64,000 bases of DNA from Eledone cirrhosa (taxonomy: Eukaryota): positions 11,098,001-11,162,000 of the forward strand of contig OZ024766.1 in assembly GCA_964016885.1 (NCBI GenBank). The letters run 5' to 3'. Both the position numbers and the translations under genes were made by a program. The notes below the pieces were generated by a model, which did not search any database, was not told the DNA's origin, and saw only the letters and a program-made list of their open reading frames with translations. Of the stretch, positions 13,735 to 25,819 are shown one piece after another. The number at the start of each line of letters is the position of its first letter. The first letter of the stretch is position 1.

Positions 13735-14345
13735 TGTCCTACGTCTCCAACAGACCAGTGTCTGTCCTTAGGGCATCAACATACGTCAACCTTGGTCTTC
13801 CTCTTCCAGTGTGTCCATGTAGGGGCTCCCACAGGAGCACTGAGTGCAATGTCAACTCTGGATGTCGGTGAGCATGTCCAGCTAACTTCAGTCTCCTCCA
13901 TGTAGGGGCTCCCACAGGAGCACTAAGTGCAATGTCAACTCTGGATGTCGGTGAGCATGTCCAGCTAACCCAGTGTGTCCATGTAGGGGCTCCCACAGGA
14001 GCACTGAGTGCAGTGTCAACTCTGGATGTCGGAGAGCATGTCCAGCTAACCCAGTGTGTCCATGCAGGGGCTCCCACAGGAGCACTGAGTGCAGTGTCAA
14101 CTCTGGATGTCGGTGAGCATGTCCAGCTAACCTAGTGTGTCCATGTAGGGACTCCCACAGGAGCACTGAGTGCAGTGTCAACTCTGGATGTCGGTGAGCA
14201 TGTCCAGCTAACCTCAGTCTCCTCTGTGTTACTGTTGAGCTGACTTTTGGGAGGCTCCCATACAGCTCTGAGTTCTTCATCCTCAGTGTATACTGATTAA
14301 TGTTCAGAGCCATCCTCACCATTCTCGTGGAGCACCCATCCACCA
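13735..14345 (-). mobile_element. Non-LTR retrotransposon (RTE-like) ORF C-terminal fragment with internal tandem duplications
   Basis: Translates RRLRLAGHAHRHPE...LLWEPLHGHTGRGRPRLTYVD, with the segment repeated about 5 times. Confidence 0.75.
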
Positions 14346-14395
14346 TATATATATTATACACACCTTAAACATAAGCAATATAGGTTGTCCCTCAC

Positions 14396-14493
14396 CTTTC
14401 TGCTTCCTTGACTTTGCCCTGCTCCCGGAGTTTGTCGGCCTGGTTCACATAGAGAGAGGTGACGGCATCAGCGTTCATGAATTTGGAAGCAAG
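14396..14493 (-). CDS. IFT172: IFT172 exon 21 (LASKFMNADAVTSLYVNQADKLREQGKVKEAER)
   Basis: tgcag|CTT...GAAAG|gtgagg, 98 nt, phase 0-2. Confidence 0.94.
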
Positions 14494-14733
14494 CTGCAAG
14501 AGAGGTAGAAGACAGAGGTAGCTAGAGAGGGGGACAGACAGACAGACATTGGGACAGGCAGAGACAGATAGAGAGACAGGCACAGACAGACTGACATTGG
14601 GACAGGCAGACAGACAGACAGACAGACAGAGAGAGACAGATAGACATAAAGAGAGAGACAGACAGACAGACAGAGAGACAGACAGACATAAAGAGAGAGA
14701 CAGACAGATAGACAGACAGACAGGCAGGCAGGC

Positions 14734-14820
<87 letters not shown>

Positions 14821-14935
14821 GAGACAGACAGACAGATAGGCAGACAAACAGACAGGCAGAGAGACAGATAAACAAACAAACAAACAACAACACCAACACC
14901 CGAACTGCCACCACCACCACCACCACTATACTTAC

Positions 14936-15025
14936 CTTATGTGCCTGTTGCCACATCCCCACCTCGTTGTACATGTCCACCGCTTCCTTCATACAATTTG
15001 CAGCCAAGTACAACCGCTCCGCAAT
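14936..15025 (-). CDS. IFT172: IFT172 exon 20 (IAERLYLAANCMKEAVDMYNEVGMWQQAHK)
   Basis: tatag|ATT...AAG|gtaagt, 90 nt. Confidence 0.94.
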
Positions 15026-15052
15026 CTATAGAGCAACAACAACAAATTATAG

Positions 15053-15090
<38 letters not shown>

Positions 15091-15297
15091 AATATATGTA
15101 GATAAATCTACCAAGAGTTTACGGTAGTGTCCAATCCGTATGAAGAACTCAATGTAATCCGGATATCATGGAAAGAAGAGATGCAATGAAAAATCACTTT
15201 CGGTGAAAGATAAACGGAATACAGAGTCAAGATAAAATATTAAAAAAATAATGAATAAAACAATGAAACAGTTCCTTATATTAAACAAAAAAAGTTC

Positions 15298-15596
15298 ATT
15301 ATTTAACGAGCGTTTCTAGGATATATATGTGTTAGAATTGGCATGCATATTCAACAGATCTATGTACAAAATTATACAAAATTATACAAACTATCAAAAT
15401 TAAATATACATACCAAACACATATATATGCCGTCTTCAGAAATAATGATTATTTCTGAAGACGGCATATATATGTGTTTGGTATGTATATTTAATTTTGA
15501 TAGTTTGTATAATTTTGTATAATTTTGTACATAGATCTGTTGAATATGCATGCCAATTCTAACACATATATATCCTAGAAACGCTCGTTAAATAAT
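15298..15596. ncRNA. Head-to-head pair of hammerhead-like motifs with a long stem II insert (15298-15446 minus, 15448-15596 plus)
   Basis: AUUAUUU-CUGAAGA-CGGCAUAUAUAUGUGUU...AACACAUAUAUAUCCUA-GAA-ACG(CU)CGU-U-AAAUAAU. Confidence 0.6.
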
Positions 15597-15789
15597 GAAC
15601 TTTTTTTGTTTAATATAAGGAACTGTTTCATTGTTTTATTCATTATTTTTTTAATATTTTATATATATATATATATATGTATTGTTATACTTTGGGAGGG
15701 TCATGTTGCCAATAAGAAACACACGCACCAGTTGCTTTCACTTCAATTTATTATAATAACGTAGGACAGAACAAAGAAAAGAACCCCCA

Positions 15790-15832
15790 GTCACTGAAGA
15801 GGTCACAGAATGTGTGACGAAAGAACTTTGAC
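15790..15832 (+). ncRNA. Minimal hammerhead-like motif
   Basis: GUCA-CUGAAGA-G-GUCACA(GAAUG)UGUGAC-GAA-AG(AA)CU-U-UGAC; a diverged copy is at 32458-32498. Confidence 0.65.
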
Positions 15833-16040
15833 AATATATAAACAACCATCTGGTTGTGGAACCAACCAACCAACCGGAAATTTATAAATTCCTAAATTTA
15901 TAAATTTATTATAATGAATTGAAGTGAAAGCAACTGGTGCGTGTGTTTCTTATTGGCAACATGACCCTCCCAAAGTATAACAATATCGGTTTCAACACAC
16001 GTTTTCAGATAAAGAATCTTGCTAAACACATTCAGAAACG

Positions 16041-16087
<47 letters not shown>

Positions 16088-16140
16088 ACCTTGATTGAAT
16101 CTTAACCATCTACTATGTCAGGGTATGTCATGCATCATCT

Positions 16141-16207
16141 TATTTTATCTGATGAGGACGTACTGTTGAACTTAACTCAGTACCTCTGAAATATGTATAA
16201 TAAAATA
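16141..16207 (+). ncRNA. Hammerhead-like motif, AT-rich family
   Basis: UAUUUUAU-CUGAUGA-GGACGUACUG...CAGUACCUCU-GAA-AUAUGUAU-A-AUAAAAUA; perfect 8-bp stem I. Confidence 0.72.
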
Positions 16208-16824
16208 TAATTGATCACAAGAATATCTATTTTGTTAATATCTTGAATTAATATTAATAACTCTGGAAAATATTTTCCGTTGAGTGCTTCCAATCTATTG
16301 TAAAACTCATTCTTTGATGTATTCATTGAACCTTGTTTAACTCTTAAATACATATATATATATATATATAGTATATCTAAACCATAATAAAGTAAGGAGT
16401 GCAGGACTGCGTACGGTTTATAATTTTTTATCCCATTAGTAAAATAAGTTGGATTACTTTGAATAAATAATTGTTTCTCCTTTTGGCACAAGGCCAGCAA
16501 TTACCCCAGTGCATTACTGGTACTTTATTTTATCGACCCTCTAAGGATGAAAGGCAAAGTTAACCTCGGCGGGATTTGAACTCAGAATGGAAAGGGCCGT
16601 AACTCTATGCGTCAAAGCATGGCGTCCGACCCTCTACCGATACTGACAATCCACCAATGAATATTACATAATTTATCTACTAAATTTCGTGGCTGTTGAT
16701 TAAATATATTTTATTACTTATTTAAAGATTCACTTCTTTAAAATTTTCAAATGGCAACACTTCCGGTCGCGATCACTTAAGTAAACATATTAATTTTCTG
16801 TCACTAATTTTCTCCTAATGCAGT

Positions 16825-17570
16825 TTATATATAATATCATCTTTTTTAATGTATCATGGATTACGTTACTGATTAAATAAGAGAGCGTAACACAGTCTTC
16901 GTTCAATTTCTGTGTATTATATATTATCAATTACGATTTTATTTGATGTATCATATCTACATGTATATATACTTGCGTATAATATCAATATACACACTAC
17001 ACATGCTAGCAGATATATAATATCCTCTTTTTTTAATGTATCATGGATTACATTACTGATTACATAAGACAGTGTAACGACGTCTTCGTTCAATTTCTAT
17101 GTATTATATATTGTCAATTACGATTTTATTTGATGTATCATATCTACATGTATATATACTTGTGTATAATATCAATATACACACTACACATGCTAGCAGA
17201 TATATAATATCGTCTGTTTTTAATGTATCATGGATTACGTTACTGATTACATAAGACAGTGTAACACAGTCTTCATTCAATTTCTATGTATTATATATTA
17301 TCAATTACGATTTTATTTGATGTATCGTATCTAGATCTATATATACTTGTGTATAATATCAATATACACACTACACATGCTAGCAGATATATAATATCGT
17401 CTGTTTTTAATGTACCATGGATTACGTTACTGATTACATAAGACAGTGTAACACAGTCTTCGTTCAATTTCTGTGTATATTGTCAATTACGGTTTTATTT
17501 GATGTATCATATCTACATGTATATATACTTGTGTATAATATCAATATACACACTACACATGCTAGCAGAA
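16825..17570. repeat. ~188-bp tandem repeat, 4 copies
   Basis: tgtatcatggattacgttactgatt recurs at about 16850, 17037, 17224 and 17411. Confidence 0.9.
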
Positions 17571-17639
17571 AACCACCCGAGGGGTGGTTTTTCTGCTAGT
17601 GATAATAATAAATGAGAACTGTCTTTATAAAACCATATT

Positions 17640-17702
17640 TATTTTATTATATATATTTTTCAAGGGTACCAAAATTTTGGTTCGCTCTCATCAGATAAAA
17701 TG
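17640..17702 (-). ncRNA. Hammerhead-like motif, AT-rich family (degenerate)
   Basis: CAUUUUAU-CUGAUGA-GAGCGAACCAAAAUUUUGGUACCCUU-GAA-AAAUAUAUAU-A-AUAAAAUA. Confidence 0.55.
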
Positions 17703-17888
17703 CAAAATTTGTTTTATAAATGTTGACATAACCAAGAAACCAGACCTTATCGGTTCAGGTTCAGTTTGGATATCATTGATATTATACTCCTGAAAATCTG
17801 TAGAGTGCTTCGAATCTGTTATAAATAAATTTGTTGAATAACCAACAAATTAAATATCTCTTTGCTTACATATATATATTATATATAC

Positions 17889-17925
<37 letters not shown>

Positions 17926-18508
17926 TTAATATAGATGAGATTCTACAGGACTAGAACTGTTTCATTCTTTAGAAATCATCAGGAATCTAAAGAATGAAAC
18001 AGTTCTAGTCCTGTAGAATCTCATCTATATTAAAACTGTTATACTCTGCAATGTATTGAGTACCTTACTTACTGTGGTTACCTCCGATTCAACCCGGAAT
18101 AACGTATATATATATATATATAAATGAAAAGTATAGAAATTATTGTAGCAAGAAGCCAACAGTATAACAGTATTCCATAATATATATAAGTGACTATAGA
18201 GTCAAAATGGAAAAATAGTTAACGTAAGATGTGGGGAAAATAATTCAAACTCAATTCAAAAAGAATCAGGATATAGATTCATCCACAGAATTTGGTGAAG
18301 TCCAGGGAAAAATCAATAGAGCCTTAACCCAGAAAAAAATAAAGTTTAAAATACTCATCCTTCAATTTGGAAAAAAAGATGAAATAGAAACCACAAACCC
18401 TCCATCTCAACTGCACTTTTGAAAAGCATAAGAACTGTGAAACTGGTAAACGAAACAAATAAATATTCTTAAAAAGACTCCAGTTGCATTTTCGATTTCA
18501 TCTTTTTT

Positions 18509-18557
<49 letters not shown>

Positions 18558-19132
18558 CTAGAAGATTTACCCGGCGTTGCTCGGGGTTTGAAATTATGCT
18601 AAGAATATACAGCTAGGAAGTAAAAGAAGAACATTATTTGTCCCCAACCTGTCAATAATTAACAAACCATCATCAAAATCTCGTCAATTCGAGACTGCTG
18701 CGAGATTATGCCCTTAACGCGAAAATTAACACTTAATATAGTGAAACAAGTTAAAACAACAAGTGTTTTTTTAACTTTGAAAGTGCAACAAAGAATAAAC
18801 AAGAAACAAACGATAAAACCATCATCAAAATCTCGTCAATCAAATGAATGTGTTTATATTGAAAAGTATGTTATCTCCCTTTTTTATAAGGATTGTGAAT
18901 AAAGTTTGTTATCTCCCTTACATCAATTTTTCTACCGATAATTTTGATATCGATTTTTTATTGCTCAGCTCAACGTGGATCGATTTGAAAAATGTTTGTG
19001 ATGTGACAATCGTATCGACCTGTGCAACGTGCACAGAAAATTTGGTCAAATTCAGTTGGTAATTGTGAAAGCCTTATGCATGCCAAGTTGTACACAGACA
19101 CACACACATCCTCGCTTTTATATATATAAAGA
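18558..19132 (-). mobile_element. Non-autonomous Helitron
   Basis: Minus strand starts A|TC-TTTATATATATAAAAGC and ends with hairpin CCCGAGCAACGCCGGG...CTAG|T. Confidence 0.7.
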
Positions 19133-19760
19133 TATATCATAGGACTGAGACTTCTGTAATACAGAAGACCCTACTTCCCTTGGATACAAGCAGAAGCTGA
19201 AGCATATAGACTGTATGCCCCTCCCACTGTAAAGTGGTCATGTAGGTGCCATAATAAAAAGCACCCAGTCCACACTGTAAAGTGGTCATGTAGGTGCCAT
19301 GACAAAAAGCACCCAGTCCACACTGTAAAGTGGTCATGTAGGTGTCATGGTAAAAAAACATCCAGTCCATACTGTAAAGTGGTCGTGTAGGTGTCACAAC
19401 AAAAAGCACCCAGTCCACACTGTAAAGTGGTCATGTAGGTGTCACAACAAAAAGCACCCAGTCCACACTGTAAAGTGGTCATGTAGGTGTCATGATAAAA
19501 AAAGCACCCAGTCTACATGGTAAAGTGGTTTTAATATTTGTCAAAGATCAGTATTACACAGATCACCCCCTTTAAATACACAAAACATTTGCCAATACTT
19601 GAGGTATACTTAAGCGTAAAGGATACCTGTAGAACAGCTGGTTTGAACAGAAAGAGGTGAGAGAATTTTGGCCAGTTACGGCTGGTTTAAAGCGAAAGGA
19701 TTAATGCCAGTAAAAGAATAAAAAATGTTATTTAAAAAAAAAACCGGGGGATTGTATGAC

Positions 19761-19905
19761 CTTATATTCCTTAGCCTGTGCGTAGTGGTTAGCTATTTTC
19801 TGGTAGTATTTTGAGACGGTGGATGAGTCCTGCAGTTCCAGTATCTGTACAGCCTTCTTCCATTGCTTCGAGCTGATGGCTGATTCGATAGCTTTCGTGG
19901 TACAC
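19761..19905 (-). CDS. IFT172: IFT172 exon 19 (CTTKAIESAISSKQWKKAVQILELQD...YAQAKEYK)
   Basis: tgtag|G...AAG|gtcata (weak donor), 145 nt, phase 2-0; conserved KAIE.A...QWKKA. Confidence 0.92.
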
Positions 19906-20029
19906 CTACATACGCACCCACACCAGGATGGGAAGATGAGACAAGAGAAGGAAGAGGAGAGATGTAAGACAAGCTAGGGTCAATGTTTGTATTGTCATAG
20001 CAACAAAAAAACGCCAAAATAATAATAAA

Positions 20030-21227
20030 TGCCTGAATATAAGACAGGACACATTAGATAATGTACTCCTAGATACACTGTGTCTGTATATAAGACAGAA
20101 CACATGAGATAATGTACTCCTAGATAGACTGTGTCTGTATATAAGAGTGGACACATTAGATAATGTAGTCTGAGGTACACTGTGTCTGTATATAAGACAG
20201 GACACATTAGATAATGTAGTCCTAGGTAGACTGTGTCTGTATATAAGACAGGACACATTAGATAATGTAGTCCTAGGTACACTGTGTCTGTATATAAGAC
20301 AGGACACCTTAGATAATGTAGTCCTAGTTAGACTGTGTCTGTATATAAGACAGGACACATTAGATAATATACTCCTAGATACACTGTGTCTGTATATATG
20401 ACAGGACACATTAGATATTGTAGTCCTAGGTACACTGTGTCTGTATATAAGACAGGACACATTAGATAATGTAGTCCTAGATACACTGCATCTGTATATA
20501 AGACAGGACACATTAGATAATGTAGTCCTAGATACACTGTGTCTGTATATAAGACAGGACACATTAGATAATGTAGTCCTAGATACACTGTGTCTGTATA
20601 TATGACAGGACACATTAGATATTGTAGTCCTAGGTACACTGTGTCTGTATATAAGACAGGACACATTAGATAATGTAGTCCTAGATACACTGTGTCTGTA
20701 TATAAGACAGGACACATTAGATAATGTAGTCCTAGATACACTGTGTCTGTATATAAGACAGGACACATTAGATAATGTAGTCCTAGATACACTGTGTCTG
20801 TATATAAGACAGGACACATTAGATAATGTAGTCCTAAGTAGACTGTGTCTGTATATAAGACAGGACACATTAGATAATGTAGTCCTAGGTACACTGTGTC
20901 TGTATATAAGACAGGACACATTAGATAATGTAGTCCTAGATACACTGTGTCTGTATATAAGACAGGACACATTAGATAATGTAGTCCTAGGTAGACTGTG
21001 TCTGTATATAAGACAGGACACATTAGATAATGTAGTCCTAGATACACTGTGTCTGTATATAAGACAGGACACATTAGATAATGTAGTCCTAGATACACTG
21101 TGTCTGTATATAAGACAGGACACATTAGATAATGTAGTCCTAGATACACTGTGTCTGTATATAAGACAGGACACATTAGATAATGTAGTCCTAGGTACAC
21201 TGTGTCTGTATATAAGACAGGGCACAT
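20030..21227. repeat. 51-bp minisatellite, about 23 copies
   Basis: Unit ctgtgtctgtatataagacaggacacattagataatgtagtcctagataca; explains the 17-aa periodic ORFs. Confidence 0.95.
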
Positions 21228-21306
21228 CACAGGTCTGTCTACTGGACCAGGACCATGAACAGGACTGACCTAGGGCTAAACAACAACAACAGTAAAAGTA
21301 ACTCAC

Positions 21307-21427
21307 CCAGCTTCTATGAAATGGTTAATAGCGCCATCTAGCTGCTTCTGTGATACGAGGTAGTCTCCCCATTGCTCTTCCAGACCAACCACATCACTGG
21401 GGAAACAGCGTCTGGCTAGCTCTACAG
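21307..21427 (-). CDS. IFT172: IFT172 exon 18 ([41 protein letters not shown])
   Basis: tccag|CT...GCTGG|gtgagt, 121 nt, phase 1-2; highly conserved. Confidence 0.95.
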
Positions 21428-21749
21428 CTGGAGGTGTGGGCAGAGGAGAGAGAGAGATTAGAGTGGAGAGAGGGGGATGAGAGAGTAGAGAGAGGGGGAG
21501 AGAGTAGAGAGGTTAGGGAGAGAGTAGAGAGAGGGGGGAGAGAGTAGAGAGTAGAGAGAGGTTAGGGAGAGAGGGGGAGAGTGTAGAGAGAGGTTAGGGA
21601 GAGAGTAGAGAGAGGGGCGAGAGAGGAGAGCGAGGGGAAGAGAGTAGAGAGACGGGGAGAGGGTAGAGAGAGGGTAGGGAGAGAAGGAGACGAGAGAGAG
21701 GGGGAGGAGAGTAGGGACAGAGCGAGGGTAGAAATAGGGATGACACAAC

Positions 21750-22925
21750 AGTAACACCACCACTACTACAACACAAACTACAACACCACTACTACAACAC
21801 AAACTACAACACCACACCACTACTACAACACAAACTACAACACCACACCACTACTACAACACAAACTACAACACCACTACTACAACACCACACCACAACT
21901 ACAACACAAACTACAACACCACAACTACAACACCACACCACACCACAACTACAACACAAATTACAACACCACAACACCTCACCACTACTACAACACAAAC
22001 TACAACAAACTACAACACCCCTACTACAACAAACTACAACACAAACTACTACAACACCACAACTACAACACAAACTACAACACCAAAACACCACACCAAC
22101 TACAACACAAACTACAACACCAAAACACGACACCAACTACAACACCAACTACTACAACATCACTACTACAACAAATTACAACACCACACCAACTACAACA
22201 CAAACTACAACACCAAAACACCACACCAACTACAACACAAACTACAACACCAAAACACGACACCAACTACAACACCAACTACTACAACACCACTACAACA
22301 ACAAATTACAACACCACTACAACACCACACCAACTACAACACAAACTACAACACCAAAACACGACACCAACTACAACACCAACTACTACAACATCACTAC
22401 TACAACACAAACTACAACACCAAAACACCACACCAACTACAACACAAACTACAACACCAAAACACGACACCAACTACAACACCAACTACTACAACATCAC
22501 TACTACAACACAAACTACAACACCAAAACACCACACCAACTACAACACAAACTACAACACCAAAACACGACACCAACTACAACACCAACTACTACAACAC
22601 CACTACAACAACAAATTACAACACCACTACAACACCACACCAACTACAACACCAAAACACGACACCAACTACAACACCAACTACTACAACATCACTACTA
22701 CAACACAAACTACAACACCAAAACACCACACCAACTACAACACAAACTACAACACCAAAACACGACACCAACTACAACACCAACTACTACAACATCACTA
22801 CTACAACACAAACTACAACACCAAAACACCACACCAACTACAACACAAACTACAACACCAAAACACGACACCAACTACAACACCAACTACTACAACATCA
22901 CTACTACAACACAAACTACAACAGC
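21750..22925. repeat. (ACA/CAC)-rich minisatellite
   Basis: Repeating actacaacaccaaaacac units. Confidence 0.9.
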
Positions 22926-22931
22926 ACTTAC

Positions 22932-23010
22932 CTTGCTGGTAGCTGCGTCCTTTACGATATGCCTGCAAAGCCCGCGCAAAGTCTCCGGTCCTTTCATACA
23001 GATTACCTGC
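22932..23010 (-). CDS. IFT172: IFT172 exon 17 (AGNLYERTGDFARALQAYRKGRSYQQ)
   Basis: tatag|GCA...CAAG|gtaagt, 79 nt, phase 0-1. Confidence 0.92.
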
Positions 23011-23054
23011 CTATAGAAGAGGGGGGGGGTGAGAAGAGGGGTAATTATTGACGG

Positions 23055-24366
23055 TGGTGGTTATGTAGTGAGGTGTGGTGTATTGTAGTGTGGTGTGGTG
23101 TGGTGTGGTGTATTGTAGTGTGGTGTGGTGTGGTGTATTGTAGTGTGGTGTGGTGTAGTGTAGTGTGGTGTGGTGTATTGTAGTGTGGTGTGGTGTAGTG
23201 TGGTGTGGTGTAGTGTGGTGTGGTGTGGTGTATTGTAGTGTGGTGTGGTGTGGTGTGGTGTGGTGTGGTGTGGTGTGGTGTGGTGTGGTGTATTGTAGTG
23301 TGGTGTGGTGTAGTGTGGTGTGGTGTGGTGTATTGTAGTGTGGTGTGGTGTGGTGTGGTGTGGTGTGGTGTGGTGTGGTGTGGTGTGGTGTGGTGTGGTG
23401 TGGTGTGGTGTGGTGTATTGTAGTGTGGTGTAGTGTAGTGTGGTGTGGGATGGTGTAATGTGGTGTGGTGTGGTGTGGTGTATTGTAGTGTGGTGTGGTG
23501 TGGTGTGGTGTGGTGTGGTGTGGTGTGGTGTGGTGTATTGTAGTGTGGTGTGGTGTAGTGTGGTGTGGTGTGGTGTATTGTAGTGTGGTGTGGTGTGGTG
23601 TGGTGTGGTGTGGTGTGGTGTGGTGTATTGTAGTGTGGTGTGGTGTGGTGTGGTGTGGTGTGGTGTGGTGTGGTGTGGTGTATTGTAGTGTGGTGTGGTG
23701 TGGTGTATTGTAGTGTGGTGTGGTGTGGTGTGGTGTGGTGTGGTGTGGTGTGGTGTGGGATGGTGTAATGTGGTGTATTGTAGTGTGGTGTGGTGTAGTG
23801 TGGTGTGGTGTGGTGTATTGTAGTGTGGTGTGGTGTGGTGTGGTGTATTGTAGTGTGGTGTAGTGTAGTGTGGTGTGGGATGGTGTATTGTGGTGTGGTG
23901 TGGTGTGGTGTGGGGTGGTGTATTGTAGTGTGGTGTGGTGTATTGTAGTGTGGTGTGGTGTGGTGTGGTGTGGTGTGGTGTATTGTAGTGTGGTGTAGTG
24001 TAGTGTGGTGTGGGATGGTGTATTGTGGTGTGGTGTGGTGTGGTGTGGGGTGGTGTATTGTAGTGTGGTGTGGTGTATTGTAGTGTGGTGTGGTGTGGTG
24101 TGGTGTGGTGTGGTGTGGTGTATTGTAGTGTGGTGTAGTGTAGTGTGGTGTGGGATGGTGTATTGTGGTGTGGTGTGGTGTGGGGTGGTGTATTGTAGTG
24201 TGGTGTGGTGTATTGTAGTGTGGTGTGGTGTGGTGTGGTGTCACACCAACACCACCACCACCATCGTCACACCACCACCACCACCACCACCACCATCGTC
24301 ACACCAACACCACCACCACCATCATCACACCATCACCATCACACCACCACCACCACCACCACCACC
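23055..24366. repeat. (TGTGG)n pentamer tract followed by (CAC)n
   Basis: Direct inspection; the switch occurs at 24240/24241. Confidence 0.95.
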
Positions 24367-24377
24367 AGTCTACTTAC

Positions 24378-24449
24378 CCTTTCGTAAAGTTCTGCTTTGA
24401 CAAGAGACGTGGCTATGCTGGCTGTCAGGTCAGAATTGGAGAGAAGATT
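24378..24449 (-). CDS. IFT172: IFT172 exon 16 (NLLSNSDLTASIATSLVKAELYER)
   Basis: ttccag|AAT...AGG|gtaagt, 72 nt, translated by hand; homologous to [24 protein letters not shown]. Confidence 0.92.
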
Positions 24450-24709
24450 CTGGAACAGAAAGACATACAAGTGTTATATATATATATGTATATATCATCA
24501 TCATCATCATCATCATCGTTTAACGTCCATGTTCCACGCTTATGTATATATATAATTGTTTCTACTTTAGGCACAAGGCCAGCAATTACCCAGTGCATTA
24601 CTGGTACTTTATTTTATCGACCCCGTAAGGATGAAAGGCAAAGTCAACCTCGGCGGGATTTGAACTCAGATTGTAAAACGACGTAACTCTATAATAATAT
24701 TTATACTTA

Positions 24710-25350
24710 TCATCATCATCATCATCATCGTTTAACGTCCATATTCCACGCTTGCATGGGTTTGGACGGCAGTTTTCCCACTTGAGGCAAGAGTGGTTGT
24801 CTTGCTCGCATAGGACTGTCTGGCAGGTTTTCTACAGCTGGATGCCTTTCCTAACACCAACCACGTTTAGAGTGTGGAACTATGAGGTTTTTACCGTGTT
24901 GCCTACACGGCCACATTACAGCGTGGACTGTCTGGCGGGTTTTCTACAGCTGGATGCCCTTCCTAACACCAACCACATTTACAGTGTGGACTGGGAGGTT
25001 TTTACCATGTTACCTACATAGCCACATTACAGCTTGGACTGTCTGGCGGGTTTTCTACGGCTGGATGCCCTTCCTAACACCAACCACATTTACAGTGTAG
25101 ACTGGGAGGTTTTTACCGTGTTACTTACACGGCCACATTACAGCGTGAACTGTCTGGCGGGTTTTCTACGGCTGGATGCCCTTCCTAACACCAACCACAT
25201 TTACAGTGTGGAACTGGGAGCTTTTTACCGTGTTACCTACACGGCCACATTACAGCGTGGACTGTGTGTTTTTTTGTCGTGACACCTACACGACCTCATT
25301 TGTTTCGGCCTGGATGTTGTGGTACCAACATAACTTTACATTGAAAGGGG
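24710..25350 (-). mobile_element. SINE-family composite repeat with internal ~117-bp duplications; relatives at 28847-29790 and 34211-34880
   Basis: (CAT)n tail, cacttgaggcaagagtggttgtcttgctcgcatagg and repeated ggatgcccttcctaacaccaacc. Confidence 0.7.
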
Positions 25351-25819
25351 CGGTTTATATAAAATTATAAATATGGAGGGTAGTACTAAGTGCTAGCCAG
25401 TTACCGGTAGGCTAAAAGGCTCAATGTAAATTATCAAATGTATTACAGAGCCGAGATACAAAATATAAAACAATCAAATCTTAGTTTAATACATTTAATT
25501 GCTGACAATTGTTTCTTCCAGGTGTCATGGTAAAAAAACATCCAGTCCACACTGTAAAGTGGTCATGTAGGTGTCACAACAAAAATCACCCAGACCACAC
25601 TGTAAAGTGGTCATGTAGGTGTCATGACATAAAGCACCCAGCTGTAGAAAACCAGCCAAATACACCCCTATATAAGCGAGACACGGTCACCCGACACAAC
25701 TTGCCTCAAAATAGGACCTGTCTAACCCATGCTAGTGTAGAAGATGGACGTTAATCGATGATGATGATAAATAAAATGGGAATTATTCAATGATGATGGT
25801 CATGATGATGATGTGCACA

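Noticed and set aside
19906-21306. Long periodic ORFs of 466 aa and 300 aa
   Set aside because: They are translations of a 51-bp minisatellite inside an IFT172 intron and are open only because the unit is a multiple of 3 without stops.
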